In this document: positions 1-10,269 of the stretch, in pieces
Numbering within the stretch: position 1 is the first letter of the stretch
Layout of the letters: each line of letters opens with the position of its first letter
Made by a program: the position numbers and the translations under genes
Assembly: GCF_030150285.1 (NCBI RefSeq)
Contig: NZ_JASLGE010000074.1
Coordinates: 25,721 to 89,720 of the forward strand
Length of the DNA stretch: 64,000 nucleotides
DNA from: Pseudomonas sp.
GTDB taxonomy: Bacteria; Pseudomonadota; Gammaproteobacteria; Pseudomonadales; Pseudomonadaceae
Direction: 5' to 3'
The notes under the pieces: generated by a model
What the model was told of the DNA's origin: nothing
The model's input: only the letters and a program-made list of their open reading frames with translations
The model's database searches: none

Positions 1-170
1 CGCCCGCCCATGCCTGTGTTTTCTTGTCTACCTATCAACATCCACTCATCCGAGAGAATGCTTGGAGAACTGATGATCATATCTTCCAGCAACTGTTCAC
101 TGGCCAAGCGGGTTTGGCGCAGCTTGCTCGGCACAGGGCCAACGGTCCAGACGTCTGTTTTGATAGGCAA
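1..170 (-). CDS. NucS/DUF91-like PD-(D/E)xK endonuclease, 5' part only (continues beyond the left edge)
   Basis: Not in the ORF track. Manual minus-strand translation from TTG at 170 (AAGGA RBS upstream) gives MPIKTDVWTVGPVPSKLRQTRLASEQLLEDMIISSPSILSDEWMLIGRQENTGMGGR..., resembling the N-terminus of NucS-domain proteins often found in type I R-M loci. Confidence 0.7.
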   Translation of the reverse strand, partial: MPIKTDVWTVGPVPSKLRQTRLASEQLLEDMIISSPSILSDEWMLIGRQENTGMGG

Positions 171-268
171 ATCGTGAATCCTTGGATGGGCGTGGTAACA
201 GTTGACCTAGAAATGGAGGTGGGGGAAGATTTCCATTCCCCCTGGCGTTCCGAGTTATTGGTTGTCTA

Positions 269-868
269 TCAGAGCATATCTAGTAATAGGCCTTCTTTAT
301 GCTTCGCCTCATCTGCTTCGTGTGCTTTGGCGGAGTACTCTATCGAAAGGGTGCACTGGTAGCCTTCACCAGTCAAAGACAGAAAAATGTTGGTCTCGTC
401 ATCTGCCCAATTAGTGAAGCGGGACATGTGCCCTGCGCTCACTGCCGTTCCCCAGTTATGATAATCGTCACGAAACAAGTCGTTCATCCAGTACTCGTCA
501 TCGCTTATCAGGAGAGGGTATTTTTTCTGCAGACTGACTTTTAGCTCATCGAACTTGGATAGGTAGGTATTGGCGTTAGCGAAATCTTGGTTGAATACAT
601 ACTTTCCTCGTACCAGTATGTCATTCAAAAATACGAAAACTACCAAACAGCTATTGCCGGCAAGTGTTGACTCAAAAGCCAGGAACCCGTCTCCCTCGAG
701 CCATTCAACGTTTGCCTCAGACTGCTTAACCTCTGCTGCGTGCATCCCCCAGAAGGTTTTTCGGAAGCTGTGTCGGTTATCAGCCTTTGCCAGGCCTGCG
801 TGCTGGTAATGCCAGGTTCCGTCCTGATTAAGTACTACTTTTTGCCCATCATCTGTTGTACCAAGCAT
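269..868 (-). CDS. hypothetical protein (199 aa; short N-terminal TTDDGQKVVLNQDGTW motif, DUF3157-like)
   Basis: Clean ORF with AGGAG RBS; globular aromatic/acidic composition; divergent from zorA. Confidence 0.7.
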   Translation of the reverse strand: MLGTTDDGQKVVLNQDGTWHYQHAGLAKADNRHSFRKTFWGMHAAEVKQSEANVEWLEGDGFLAFESTLAGNSCLVVFVFLNDILVRGKYVFNQDFANANTYLSKFDELKVSLQKKYPLLISDDEYWMNDLFRDDYHNWGTAVSAGHMSRFTNWADDETNIFLSLTGEGYQCTLSIEYSAKAHEADEAKHKEGLLLDML

Positions 869-1412
869 AACTAGCTCCTAGATCGAAGAGATTCAGAGGT
901 GAGGCTATCCCTAAGGGCGCTCCACAAAGGCACATCATTACCAAGCCATCTTTATCGCTGCTGGTCAGACTGCGCAGCAGAGGCCCTATTTCGAACGTGA
1001 ACCTGGAAACCTGGCTGTATACAAGAGACGACGGATGCATGCGCGATTGGGTTTCGTTGCCCGAGAGCTGCCATCTTTGTAACGTAGCGGTTTGCATTGA
1101 GCATATCCAGCAGTCGGCACAAGGTAAAGGCGCTTAGCCATCATTCTATGAGGTTCATTTTTCGGGCCCGTAGTGATCAAGGTATGACTTTAGTCGTATT
1201 CGGTTAGGTCAGGCTCGGTTCAAGTAACTTATGGCTTTACCCTGATCGCAGGTAAGGCTATCGTGCTGGCATAAAGACATGATCCTGCCTGTTTTCGCAC
1301 TATCTGGAGCTCCTTTAAGACGTTCCTAACTAACAAATGCTGTGTCTTGGCCAGAGAAAAATAAAACCTTTTCTCGGTAAATTGCTGCCTTGAGAAAAGG
1401 CTTTTAAATCAA

Positions 1413-3623
1413 ATGTTCAAAGGTGTTGGAATGGAAGGCTCATCATTTTTAAGTCTGTTGAAGGACGCGAGTGCGGAACAGCTGACAGCCCCGGTGTTGG
1501 TGGTCAGTGTTGTGCTGTTTTTACTTGTGGTATTCGTCTTCCGCTACGTATGGCCCTCCTTGAAGCTGGCTAAAAGTCTCGCAGAGCTCAAGGTTGCCCT
1601 TAAAAAGGCCAAAACATTTGCACCTGCGCAGCGCCGCTCTGAACTTCAACGAATTTTTGTGGGCAGTTCGCTTGAGCATTCCTGGGATGAGTACTCGGAA
1701 ACGCTGCACGACCAGTATGAGTTTCGCGAGGGTGAGCAAGTCTTGGTTCGCTCGCGTGCGACGGCCGCCGCGGCTCATTTTTTCTCGGCTCAAAGTGTTG
1801 TCGATACGCCGTTGCGTACGGAGTTTTATAAACACCTTCCCGGCATCCTGACGGGGATCGGTATTGTCGGGACTTTTTTCGGGCTTATGTTAGGGCTGCA
1901 AAGTTTTGATCCCAGTACCCCTGAGTTGGTTAATGCCAGCCTGGATAAGCTGCTAAAAGATGTATTTTTTGCGTTTGTCGGTTCTGTATTTTCTATCGGA
2001 GTTTCAATTCTGGTCACTTTGGTCGAGAAGTGGCGCTTAGGCCGTTGCTATACATTGCTTGAAGGCCTGACCGAGACCCTAGACAGCCTGTTCGATAGCG
2101 GCGTGGGTGAAGAGTATTTGGCTGAACTCGTACGCTCCAGCGCCGAGAGTTCGATTCAGACGCGTCAACTCAAAGACAGCCTGGTCACGGACTTGCGGGA
2201 AATGCTGCAAAACCTTGTCGATACTCAAGTGCGTGAAAGCCTGAAACTGGCTGACACCTTGTCCACGACTTATCGCGATTCAGGTCAGTTATTGGCTGAT
2301 CAGGTCAGCGGTGCCATTGAGAACAGCCTCAAGCAGCCCCTCGAAACCATCGCCGGGGCCGTCCAAGCAGCCAGCGGTGCCCAAACCGGGCAAGTAGAAG
2401 GCATTCTAAAAGATGTGTTGGTCGCTTTTATGAACAAGCTGGAAAGCACCTTTGGCCAGCAGTTTAATGGCCTGCACGACTTGATGGGGCAATCGGTGGC
2501 CGCCATGCAGTCCATGCAACAGGGCTTCTCGACGCTTATCCAAGACATGCGTTCGGCCAGTGATTCGTCCAATCAAACCAGCTCGACGATGATTGCGCAG
2601 TTGCTGACGGACATGCATTTGGCCCAGAACGCCATGCAGGCGGGCATGAGTGAGATGTTGGCGCATTTGCAGGAGTCCGTGGCGCGTATCGGCAATGAAG
2701 GTGAAGGCGCGGGCCAGCGTATGGCGCAGCAGATGGAAAAACTGTTCGCTGACAGTGAAGCCCGCCAACAAACCATGGCTGAACACCTGCAGGCGTTTGT
2801 CGAGTCTATCCAGCAGAATATTGGTCATGGCCAAGAAGCGACCATGTCAAAAATCGCAGGCTCGGTGGATGTCCTCGGCGAACAGCTTTCGGCGGTGTTC
2901 TCGCAACTTGAGCGTGGTCAGCAGCAGATGGACCAATCGACGCGCGCGGCGCAAGCCGACTTGCATCAAGGCACGCGGGATCTGGTCGGTGGCCTGGATG
3001 AGCAAGTCAAAGCCCTGCTACAAACGGTGGGGGCGCAGCAGCAGGCGGCGCAAGACACGGTCAAGGCACTGAGTGCGCAAACCGAGCAGCATTTACAGAG
3101 TATGCAGGTGGGCGCCGATAAAATGCGCGCCGCAGCTGAGCGATTTGAAACTGCAGGCCACAGTGTAACCAAGGCCAGCGACTCGACAGCCAACTTGATG
3201 GGGGCTGTTCAGGTGGCAGGGGCTGAGTTGGGCCAGGCAACCCGCGAGCTTACGGCCGTGGTGTCGGACTATCGCAATAACCGCGAAGCACTGGCCACAA
3301 CCTTGGCCGTGATTGAAGGGGTGGTAGCCAGTGCTCACGGTGAAGCCAGCGGCCGCAGCCAGTATTTGCAAGACCTCAAAGCGCAGAGCGAGCGTTTGCA
3401 AGCGATGAACCGTGAAGTGTACGAGTACCTCGACAACATCAGCGGTGTACTGGGCAATGGGTTTAAAGCGTTTGGCGATGGCATGGACGATGTCCTGCGC
3501 CGGACACTGGGCAACCTGGACCTTGAACTGGATAAAGCCGTCAAGAGTATTGCTGCAGGGGTCGATGGGGTGAAGGAAAGCATCGAAGATTTCAGTGATG
3601 TCATGGAAAAAATCAGGTCGTAA
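1413..3623 (+). CDS. zorA: Zorya protein ZorA (MotA-like TM region plus long helical tail)
   Basis: Three TM segments including LPGILTGIGIVGTFFGLMLGL, then about 500 aa of Q/A/S/L-rich helical tail; followed by zorB-zorC-zorD. Start could be 1431. Confidence 0.93.
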   Translation: MFKGVGMEGSSFLSLLKDASAEQLTAPVLVVSVVLFLLVVFVFRYVWPSLKLAKSLAELKVALKKAKTFAPAQRRSELQRIFVGSSLEHSWDEYSETLHDQYEFREGEQVLVRSRATAAAAHFFSAQSVVDTPLRTEFYKHLPGILTGIGIVGTFFGLMLGLQSFDPSTPELVNASLDKLLKDVFFAFVGSVFSIGVSILVTLVEKWRLGRCYTLLEGLTETLDSLFDSGVGEEYLAELVRSSAESSIQTRQLKDSLVTDLREMLQNLVDTQVRESLKLADTLSTTYRDSGQLLADQVSGAIENSLKQPLETIAGAVQAASGAQTGQVEGILKDVLVAFMNKLESTFGQQFNGLHDLMGQSVAAMQSMQQGFSTLIQDMRSASDSSNQTSSTMIAQLLTDMHLAQNAMQAGMSEMLAHLQESVARIGNEGEGAGQRMAQQMEKLFADSEARQQTMAEHLQAFVESIQQNIGHGQEATMSKIAGSVDVLGEQLSAVFSQLERGQQQMDQSTRAAQADLHQGTRDLVGGLDEQVKALLQTVGAQQQAAQDTVKALSAQTEQHLQSMQVGADKMRAAAERFETAGHSVTKASDSTANLMGAVQVAGAELGQATRELTAVVSDYRNNREALATTLAVIEGVVASAHGEASGRSQYLQDLKAQSERLQAMNREVYEYLDNISGVLGNGFKAFGDGMDDVLRRTLGNLDLELDKAVKSIAAGVDGVKESIEDFSDVMEKIRS

Positions 3624-3635
3624 TGGAGGCTACCC

Positions 3636-4379
3636 ATGTTTGGTAAACAGATGCCTTCGGCGACGCGTCAGAAAGATGAAGGCGAAAAGCCGTTCTGGAT
3701 ATCCTTCGCTGACCTGATGACGGCGATGATGATCTTGTTTTTGGTGGTGATGGTCGCGTCCTTGAGCTCGGTGACCCAACGCATCAAGCAGGCTGAGCAA
3801 GGTGAGAAGCAACGCACCCAGGATATTGGGCGGTTGTGCGAGCGTCTTCAGCTCACTGCCAAAAACTCAAACACGACGATCCTGGTGGACTGCAAAGACA
3901 ATCGCATCAGCTTCGGTGAAGCGGGGCGTTTTGGGCATAACCTCTATTCGCTGAATGCACAGGGTCAAAACGCCCTGCAAGAAGTGGTGCCTTTGATCCT
4001 CGATGCGGCAGACAGTGAAGAAGGGCGTAAGTGGTTCAAACAAGTGGTAATTGAGGGTTTTACCGACACGGTCGGTTCTTATCTGTACAACTTGCATTTG
4101 TCCTTGCAGCGCTCCGAGTGGGTGATGTGCAGCCTGCTCGATAGCCGTAGCCCGCTGCAAATTGGTCTGTCCGCCGAACGCCAACAGCAGATTCGCTCGA
4201 TGTTTCTGGCCGGGGGGGTGTCTTTCAACAATGCCAAGGGCACCAATGAAGAAAGCCGCCGGGTCGAATTGAGAATGCAGTTCTATGGTTTGAAGGAGAA
4301 GGAGGGGGCGTTGGTACCGGAAGTACCGGTTTTTACTAACATTGAAGCTGAAAGGTGTCAGTTGGCGATGTCGCGATGA
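3636..4379 (+). CDS. zorB: Zorya protein ZorB (MotB/OmpA-like)
   Basis: FWISFADLMT TM motif with conserved Asp26; OmpA-like domain (IEGFTD, NLHLSLQRS, SRRVELR). Confidence 0.93.
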   Translation: MFGKQMPSATRQKDEGEKPFWISFADLMTAMMILFLVVMVASLSSVTQRIKQAEQGEKQRTQDIGRLCERLQLTAKNSNTTILVDCKDNRISFGEAGRFGHNLYSLNAQGQNALQEVVPLILDAADSEEGRKWFKQVVIEGFTDTVGSYLYNLHLSLQRSEWVMCSLLDSRSPLQIGLSAERQQQIRSMFLAGGVSFNNAKGTNEESRRVELRMQFYGLKEKEGALVPEVPVFTNIEAERCQLAMSR

Positions 4380-6025
4380 GCGGATCACTTGCAAAGCTGG
4401 CAGCGGCCATCGAGTCCCAACTCACCGGCAAACGCATGGGCATGGCCCCAGAGCCTCTGCTGCGTTTCAGCCACTTACAAGCGGCGAGTCATGAGCTGTA
4501 TCAGCGCTATGAACGCGCCGAGCAGGCATTGCCGCCGCCACACCTGAAACGACGAGAAGCCATCAACAAGTTCAGAAACGAACAAAAGCTCAATCCTTCT
4601 GAGTGGCGGATGGTGTTTTCAGGTCTGGCCGATAAAAGTGAGCGCGTGGCGCCCATTCTTGAAGAAAGTCAGTTGTATGAACGTGTTCACCATCAGGTTC
4701 AGGAGCGTATTCGCCAGCGTTCACTGAGCCGGCGCGACTGGCTGGCGTTGTGTTTCAGCTACTTTGGCTATGAGTCCGAGATGCCGGATGCCAATTTCAG
4801 TTGGTGCACGCTCAGGCAAGATATTAAAGATGGTTTGGAAAGCGTTAAAGGCCGGCAGGTACGTGAAAAGGAATGGATTCGTATTGTTCAGCAGTACGAA
4901 GAGCTATTCACTGACACGGCAGGTGAAGGCCTGGGCGAGCAGATGTTCAACGGCGAAATTGACGATTTGTCGGTGTTGCAGACCATCGCGCAAATCCCTG
5001 ACAGCAGTTGGCTGTGGCGGCGAATTTTCAATGTGCTGCTGTCGCGGATTTTTAATCTGGATGATGTGGAGTTTGAGTACCGCATAGCCGGTTTTATTGC
5101 CCTTGGGACCCAGCACCCTAAATACGTACACGATATTTTAAGTGCTTGTTTGTCGCGCTATTACCTTGCGTCGTTCCGTGAAAAACCATCATCCATATTG
5201 AAGCAAGCCGCTCTGGATAACTGGGGCAGCCCGCAAATGCGCTCCCGAGAAAATCGTTGGCTTCAGCATGTGAAGCCCGATGTGTGCGCTATGGTGGTGG
5301 CTTGGTTTGCCAAGGAAGATTTGGAGCACTTTTTCAACTTGTTGAAAGGCGATGCTGAAGTCGACCAAGCGCGCTTGTTCTACTGGCTACGTTTTGCCAA
5401 TCAAATGAGTTACACGCGCATTGTTATGGGAAGTGGTGCCTGGATTGATCGCAGCCAAGACTTTGTTCATTTTCGTGAGAAGAACAAAGGCCGTTTGAGT
5501 CGTCTTGAGGGTGCGCCGATGCATAACAACGCAGTGGTTATGCAGATTGGGAATTACCTCTTTGTCGAGTTTTCCGGGACGGGGAATGCCTGCTTTGTGT
5601 ACCCGGTGGATACGTGCCCGTTCAATCCGGATAAATTTATGTTGGATTTGAATGACGACCTTAAGCAGCGAGGGCGTAAACCTAAGCGTTTATTACATAC
5701 GCCAGTGCCTTATTACCCCAACAAAGTAGAAGGCTGGCTCAGTAAGTTTGACGACGAGTTACGCGCTTTGGGTATCACCCTCAATGGTCATATTTCTACG
5801 CAGCCTGTCCCTCCACCGATGCATGCCACACCGCAGTCAGTGTCTATTGAGGGTAAGGTTGGAACTGCTTTGGTAGGCATTCCCCATACTCTGCATGACA
5901 CGCGGGCCAAAGGCGGCGCGTTTTACGTACAACTGGAGCGCCCAGATCCAACCGCGATGGCAGATTTGCACCGGTTAGGTTTTAAGCAGGTTAACGATCA
6001 GCCTTTGCGGTTCTGGAGACATTGA
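4376..6025 (+). CDS. zorC: Zorya protein ZorC (EH-signature domain)
   Basis: ATGA overlap with the zorB stop; DLEHFF...RLFYW...VEFSGTGNACFVY motifs. Confidence 0.9.
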   Translation: MSGSLAKLAAAIESQLTGKRMGMAPEPLLRFSHLQAASHELYQRYERAEQALPPPHLKRREAINKFRNEQKLNPSEWRMVFSGLADKSERVAPILEESQLYERVHHQVQERIRQRSLSRRDWLALCFSYFGYESEMPDANFSWCTLRQDIKDGLESVKGRQVREKEWIRIVQQYEELFTDTAGEGLGEQMFNGEIDDLSVLQTIAQIPDSSWLWRRIFNVLLSRIFNLDDVEFEYRIAGFIALGTQHPKYVHDILSACLSRYYLASFREKPSSILKQAALDNWGSPQMRSRENRWLQHVKPDVCAMVVAWFAKEDLEHFFNLLKGDAEVDQARLFYWLRFANQMSYTRIVMGSGAWIDRSQDFVHFREKNKGRLSRLEGAPMHNNAVVMQIGNYLFVEFSGTGNACFVYPVDTCPFNPDKFMLDLNDDLKQRGRKPKRLLHTPVPYYPNKVEGWLSKFDDELRALGITLNGHISTQPVPPPMHATPQSVSIEGKVGTALVGIPHTLHDTRAKGGAFYVQLERPDPTAMADLHRLGFKQVNDQPLRFWRH

Positions 6026-9000
6026 TGTTCAAGCGTTTTCTATCAGGGAAAAATCGTCAGACTGGCAATGCGGCTGAGTTGCCTTTAGTACTTTACTCGG
6101 TCGAAGAACAGGGCCTGTGTTACTCCTTGAGTCTGGCTGATCAGGCCGATTCATGGCCATTGGCGCTGTACCTTGATCAGTTGCAGGAAGAAGAGTTTGC
6201 ATGCCAACTGAGTGATCGCTGGTTGCTGTCCTGGGATGAGCTTTATCGCTTGATTGAAGATCCCGAGCACCGCAGCAGTCTGGGGTTATTGGGACTGCCT
6301 CCGCTCACAACGTTGACTCCTCAACTGGTGAGTCAAGGTAGCCTGGCCTCACCTGATTTTAAGGTTTCAATCAGTGGTTGGCGTGATCAAGCCTCGGGTG
6401 CCATGGTAGCTGTGCGGCGCACTGGTGCAATGATTGAATATGGCACTCAGACTGAAATGCTGTCTCAGGCCTCATGGCGGCTACTGGGTGCGGTGCGCCA
6501 TCTTTACCTGGCGCAGCAGGAAGCTCCCGGCGAACTGACCAACCAGATTGGCTGGTCGAGTATTCGTAGCCTGGCTTTAAAAGCTGGTGCAGGGATGGAC
6601 GGTTTTCTGGATAAAACGGTGGTGGTCAAGCCTGAGAGTTTGCGACTGACCCCGCGTAAATCCATGGTGGGTGATACCCCGGTCATCGAGCTCGTGCCTT
6701 CTTTTGAGGGGCAACCTGCCAATTGGCTTTCCAGTTTCGATGGCCAGCAGCAGGTACAGGATCGCTATCGGGTTACCGACGATGATGGTTCGCTGACCCA
6801 TGTGCTGATTGGGCCTGAGGTTAAATCCGTACTGGATTATGTGCATACGTTGCCGGGCCGCCGCGTAGCCGGGGATGATGCCCTGTCCTTTGTGCGCAAT
6901 CCTTACAGTGCCTTGGGGGAAAACGCGAGCCAGGTTCTCGACGCCACGGTCTACGAAGAGGGCTTGGTGGCAGCAGGGATTTTTTTCCACCGCTTCAGCC
7001 TGCACACTCAAGTCGATGAACCAAGCCAACGCATCCAACAGATCACGTTGACCCTTGAGCCGATCGCCCCTACACCACAGGCTTCGATCGAATTGACGTT
7101 TCATGCGGCGTTTGAGTTTGCTCCTTTCGTCAGTGAGCTCGAATTGAAGCTCGCGGCGGGGATGCCAGCCGGATTCTGGCACGGGTATGAACTGGAGCTG
7201 AGTGACTTCGATTTGCGCCAGTTAGCAGGCATCAAAGAGCTGCTCAAACGCTGGCAAAGTGAAGCCATGGGCGCTGAGTTCGATTCGGTGCTGGATTTAT
7301 CGCAGTACGGCGATCGAGTGACGGGTATTGGTGAAGCGGAGCGCATTAGCTCCCCCTTTCTGGTCAAAGAGGCCACCGAGAACTGGTTGCCTAAAGACAT
7401 TGCCGACTTGGCACAGGGGGCTGAAGCATTCGGTCGTTGGGACCCCTCTGACAGGGCCCAGTTTGACGACTTCGCGCAACGCTTGGAGGACGCTCGTGCC
7501 AACGGCGAGCAGACCGTGTTATTGCCCGAGTCAACAATTGAACTTGCATTACCGGCGGCACAGCAACTGCTTGACGTTTGGTCGCAAAAAATCGCCCCGG
7601 TTCCAACGCCTAAACCAGACGTGGAAAAGATCGGGCGTGCGGTTCTGCAAATCGGTCAGAATATCGATGAGCCCAACTACGTTCAGTTACGCCAAGAAGC
7701 ATTGCTTGCAGGGCTTGATGCTGTGCCGCAATTGCCCACATTGCTTCAGCCCCACGTGGTGCTAAGGGATCATCAGTTGCAAGGGGTGGCCTGGCTTCAG
7801 CACTTGTTCAAGTTGTCACCCACCGATGTATCGGGCTGTTTGTTGGCAGATGACATGGGCCTGGGCAAGACCATTCAATTGCTGACTTTTCTGGTTTGGT
7901 ATCTCGAGGCCTATCCACAGGACAAACCAGTATTGATCGTTGCGCCAGTGTCATTGCTGGATAACTGGGAGCGCGAGCTTGGTCAGTTCTTTTATGCTGA
8001 CGCATTGCCAGTGCTCAAACTCTATGGCGCTGCGTTGAGCGCGGTGAAGTTTAAAAAGGACGAAATACCCGCTGATATCAAAGCCAAGGGCATTAAAAAC
8101 CTTCTACGCCCGGGCTGGCTTGGTGGTGCCCGAATTGTGCTGACCACTTACGAAACCCTTCGTGACCAAGAATTCTCACTGGCGCGTCAGCAATGGTCCA
8201 TTGTGGTGTGTGATGAGGCGCAAAAACTCAAGAACCCTGCGGCCCTGGTGACCCAAGCGATCAAGGCGATCCCAGCACGTTTTCGTGTTGCGTGCACCGG
8301 CACACCGGTTGAAAACTCGCTGATCGATCTCTGGTGTTTGTTCGACTTTATTCAGCCCGGCTTTTTGGGTGGATTGAACCAGTTTGGTCGTGAGTATCAG
8401 CGTCCGATTGAAGCTGCCCTCGAGCGCGATACGGTTGCTCTTGAGCGACTGCGAAAACTCATAGAACCGCAGACGCTACGCCGGACTAAGCAAGACGTCG
8501 CCAAGGACTTGCCGGCAAAAATTGAAGACCGCGGGTGTCGCTCGCTGACCATGCATGGTCTTCAGCGTGACCTGTATCTATCCGAAGTGTCGGCCTATAG
8601 CCGTAAGCAGCAAATCGAAGAGCAACTGGATCAGAAAAGTTCAGGCATGTTGGGTTTGCTGCATAAGCTGAAATTGATTTGCGCCCACCCCTATAGCGTG
8701 CAGCCGGATGCCCGTTTACGTGAGCACTCACCAAAAATGCAGTGGCTGATGCGCACGCTGGAAAATATCAAGGCCGCAGGTCAGGGGGACAAGGTCATCG
8801 TCTTTACCGAACTTCGTGACATACAGCGGGAACTGCAACATGCCATTCAAGAGCGTTTCGGCTTGCGTGCCACGGTGATTAATGGCGATACCAGTACGAG
8901 CAGCGAGAGTGCCATAAGTCGCCAGAAGTTGATTGATCAGTTTCAGGCGCAACCTGGCTTTGGTGTGATCATTTTGTCGACTATTGCGGTTGGCTTTGGT

Positions 9001-9273
9001 GTCAACGTTCAGGCGGCGAACCATGTTATCCACTTTACGCGGTGCTGGAACCCGGCAAAGGAGGATCAAGCGACAGATCGTGCGTATCGAATCGGACAAA
9101 CCAAGGACGTGCATGTGTATTACCCGACCGTGCTGGACAGTGGAATGACCACCTTTGAGGCCACGCTGGATCAATTGCTCAGTAAACGTCGAGAGTTGGC
9201 TCAGGATATGTTGAGTGCAGCGTCTGATATTCAGATATCAGATTTTGATCAGCTACTTGAAACTCAGAAGTGA
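6025..9273 (+). CDS. zorD: Zorya protein ZorD, SNF2-family ATPase/helicase
   Basis: DDMGLGKT Walker A, VCDEAQ, TGTPVEN, WNPAKEDQATDRAYRIGQ; TGATG coupling to zorC; about 1080 aa. Confidence 0.92.
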   Translation: MFKRFLSGKNRQTGNAAELPLVLYSVEEQGLCYSLSLADQADSWPLALYLDQLQEEEFACQLSDRWLLSWDELYRLIEDPEHRSSLGLLGLPPLTTLTPQLVSQGSLASPDFKVSISGWRDQASGAMVAVRRTGAMIEYGTQTEMLSQASWRLLGAVRHLYLAQQEAPGELTNQIGWSSIRSLALKAGAGMDGFLDKTVVVKPESLRLTPRKSMVGDTPVIELVPSFEGQPANWLSSFDGQQQVQDRYRVTDDDGSLTHVLIGPEVKSVLDYVHTLPGRRVAGDDALSFVRNPYSALGENASQVLDATVYEEGLVAAGIFFHRFSLHTQVDEPSQRIQQITLTLEPIAPTPQASIELTFHAAFEFAPFVSELELKLAAGMPAGFWHGYELELSDFDLRQLAGIKELLKRWQSEAMGAEFDSVLDLSQYGDRVTGIGEAERISSPFLVKEATENWLPKDIADLAQGAEAFGRWDPSDRAQFDDFAQRLEDARANGEQTVLLPESTIELALPAAQQLLDVWSQKIAPVPTPKPDVEKIGRAVLQIGQNIDEPNYVQLRQEALLAGLDAVPQLPTLLQPHVVLRDHQLQGVAWLQHLFKLSPTDVSGCLLADDMGLGKTIQLLTFLVWYLEAYPQDKPVLIVAPVSLLDNWERELGQFFYADALPVLKLYGAALSAVKFKKDEIPADIKAKGIKNLLRPGWLGGARIVLTTYETLRDQEFSLARQQWSIVVCDEAQKLKNPAALVTQAIKAIPARFRVACTGTPVENSLIDLWCLFDFIQPGFLGGLNQFGREYQRPIEAALERDTVALERLRKLIEPQTLRRTKQDVAKDLPAKIEDRGCRSLTMHGLQRDLYLSEVSAYSRKQQIEEQLDQKSSGMLGLLHKLKLICAHPYSVQPDARLREHSPKMQWLMRTLENIKAAGQGDKVIVFTELRDIQRELQHAIQERFGLRATVINGDTSTSSESAISRQKLIDQFQAQPGFGVIILSTIAVGFGVNVQAANHVIHFTRCWNPAKEDQATDRAYRIGQTKDVHVYYPTVLDSGMTTFEATLDQLLSKRRELAQDMLSAASDIQISDFDQLLETQK

Positions 9274-9471
9274 GCATGATTATTGCTTATGTGGAGATTC
9301 AAACTGGGTAGATTGGGTCATCAATCTACTGGTCTGTCTCTTTGATTGGTTTCACGAGCAGTGTTTTCAGGTTTGAACCTGTATGTGTAGCAACTTAGGC
9401 TTGATCTGACAGACACTGGATGTTGGGTGGTGACTGTCAGGTAAGGCTCAGGCAAGAGGGTAGGGGCTTGA

Positions 9472-9798
9472 CTATATAATGATATCCATACGTGGGCCGA
9501 GTCCGTCGACAAGTAAAGAAATATCGGCTCGTATCTCGCAACGCGCTTTATAGGCATCAATGACACCTCTCAGCTCACGATCGATAATGTCCCTTGCTTC
9601 CTCTCTTTTTTCACAGACTGTTTCCGTTGTCAGTGCTAACCGACCGGAAAAAGTGGTTTCGACAGTGGAGAGCTTACTCCAGTCAGGGCTCTGTATGTTG
9701 GCGATGCCTTTTCTTACTTTGTCAGCTGCTTTGGCTGCATTATCAGTGCCCTCAATCGGGGAAATCGAATAAGTGAATAGGAAGTGGTGTTTTATCAT
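9472..9798 (-). CDS. hypothetical protein (108 aa)
   Basis: ATG-initiated ORF with AAGGT RBS and alpha/beta-like pattern; lies between zorD and the integrase. Confidence 0.6.
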   Translation of the reverse strand: MIKHHFLFTYSISPIEGTDNAAKAADKVRKGIANIQSPDWSKLSTVETTFSGRLALTTETVCEKREEARDIIDRELRGVIDAYKARCEIRADISLLVDGLGPRMDIII

Positions 9799-10269
9799 TT
9801 GTTTCGACCTTATGCTGTAATGGCTAATTGTGCCGTGCGCTGTGCTCGGTTTAGAGTGACAGTATCATTTTAGGCCGGAATGAAAGTGCTTTTTCTTATC
9901 TGGCTTGATATAAAAATGTATTCAATTGTTTGTGTAGCTATGTTTTTGTTTGGTCGATATTTTTAGGGTTTTTGATGTTTCTCATTCTGATGTCATACGG
10001 TTTGAAATTGGTTGTTGAATTTGATGTTGAAATGATGTCTGTGTTTTTTAGTAGCGTTAAAATTTAAATGTGAGCAATGTTTGGTAAGTATTTCTCAACT
10101 GCTTATTCCGTAAAAATTTGTATCTTGCTATGTTCTGGCCTGATCAGAGTCATCGCTCGAGTCGGCGACTCCACTGAGACCTTGAACATTTTGAGAAAAC
10201 CGGACGCCAAAGCTTCATTAAGAGGGTTGCAATCGCTGGAGCCTAAGGCGTGTGCTTCCGCAAGACTGA

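Noticed and set aside
1413..4379. Flagellar motA/motB or a chemoreceptor
   Set aside because: The long ZorA tail and coupling to EH-signature and SNF2 genes identify Zorya.
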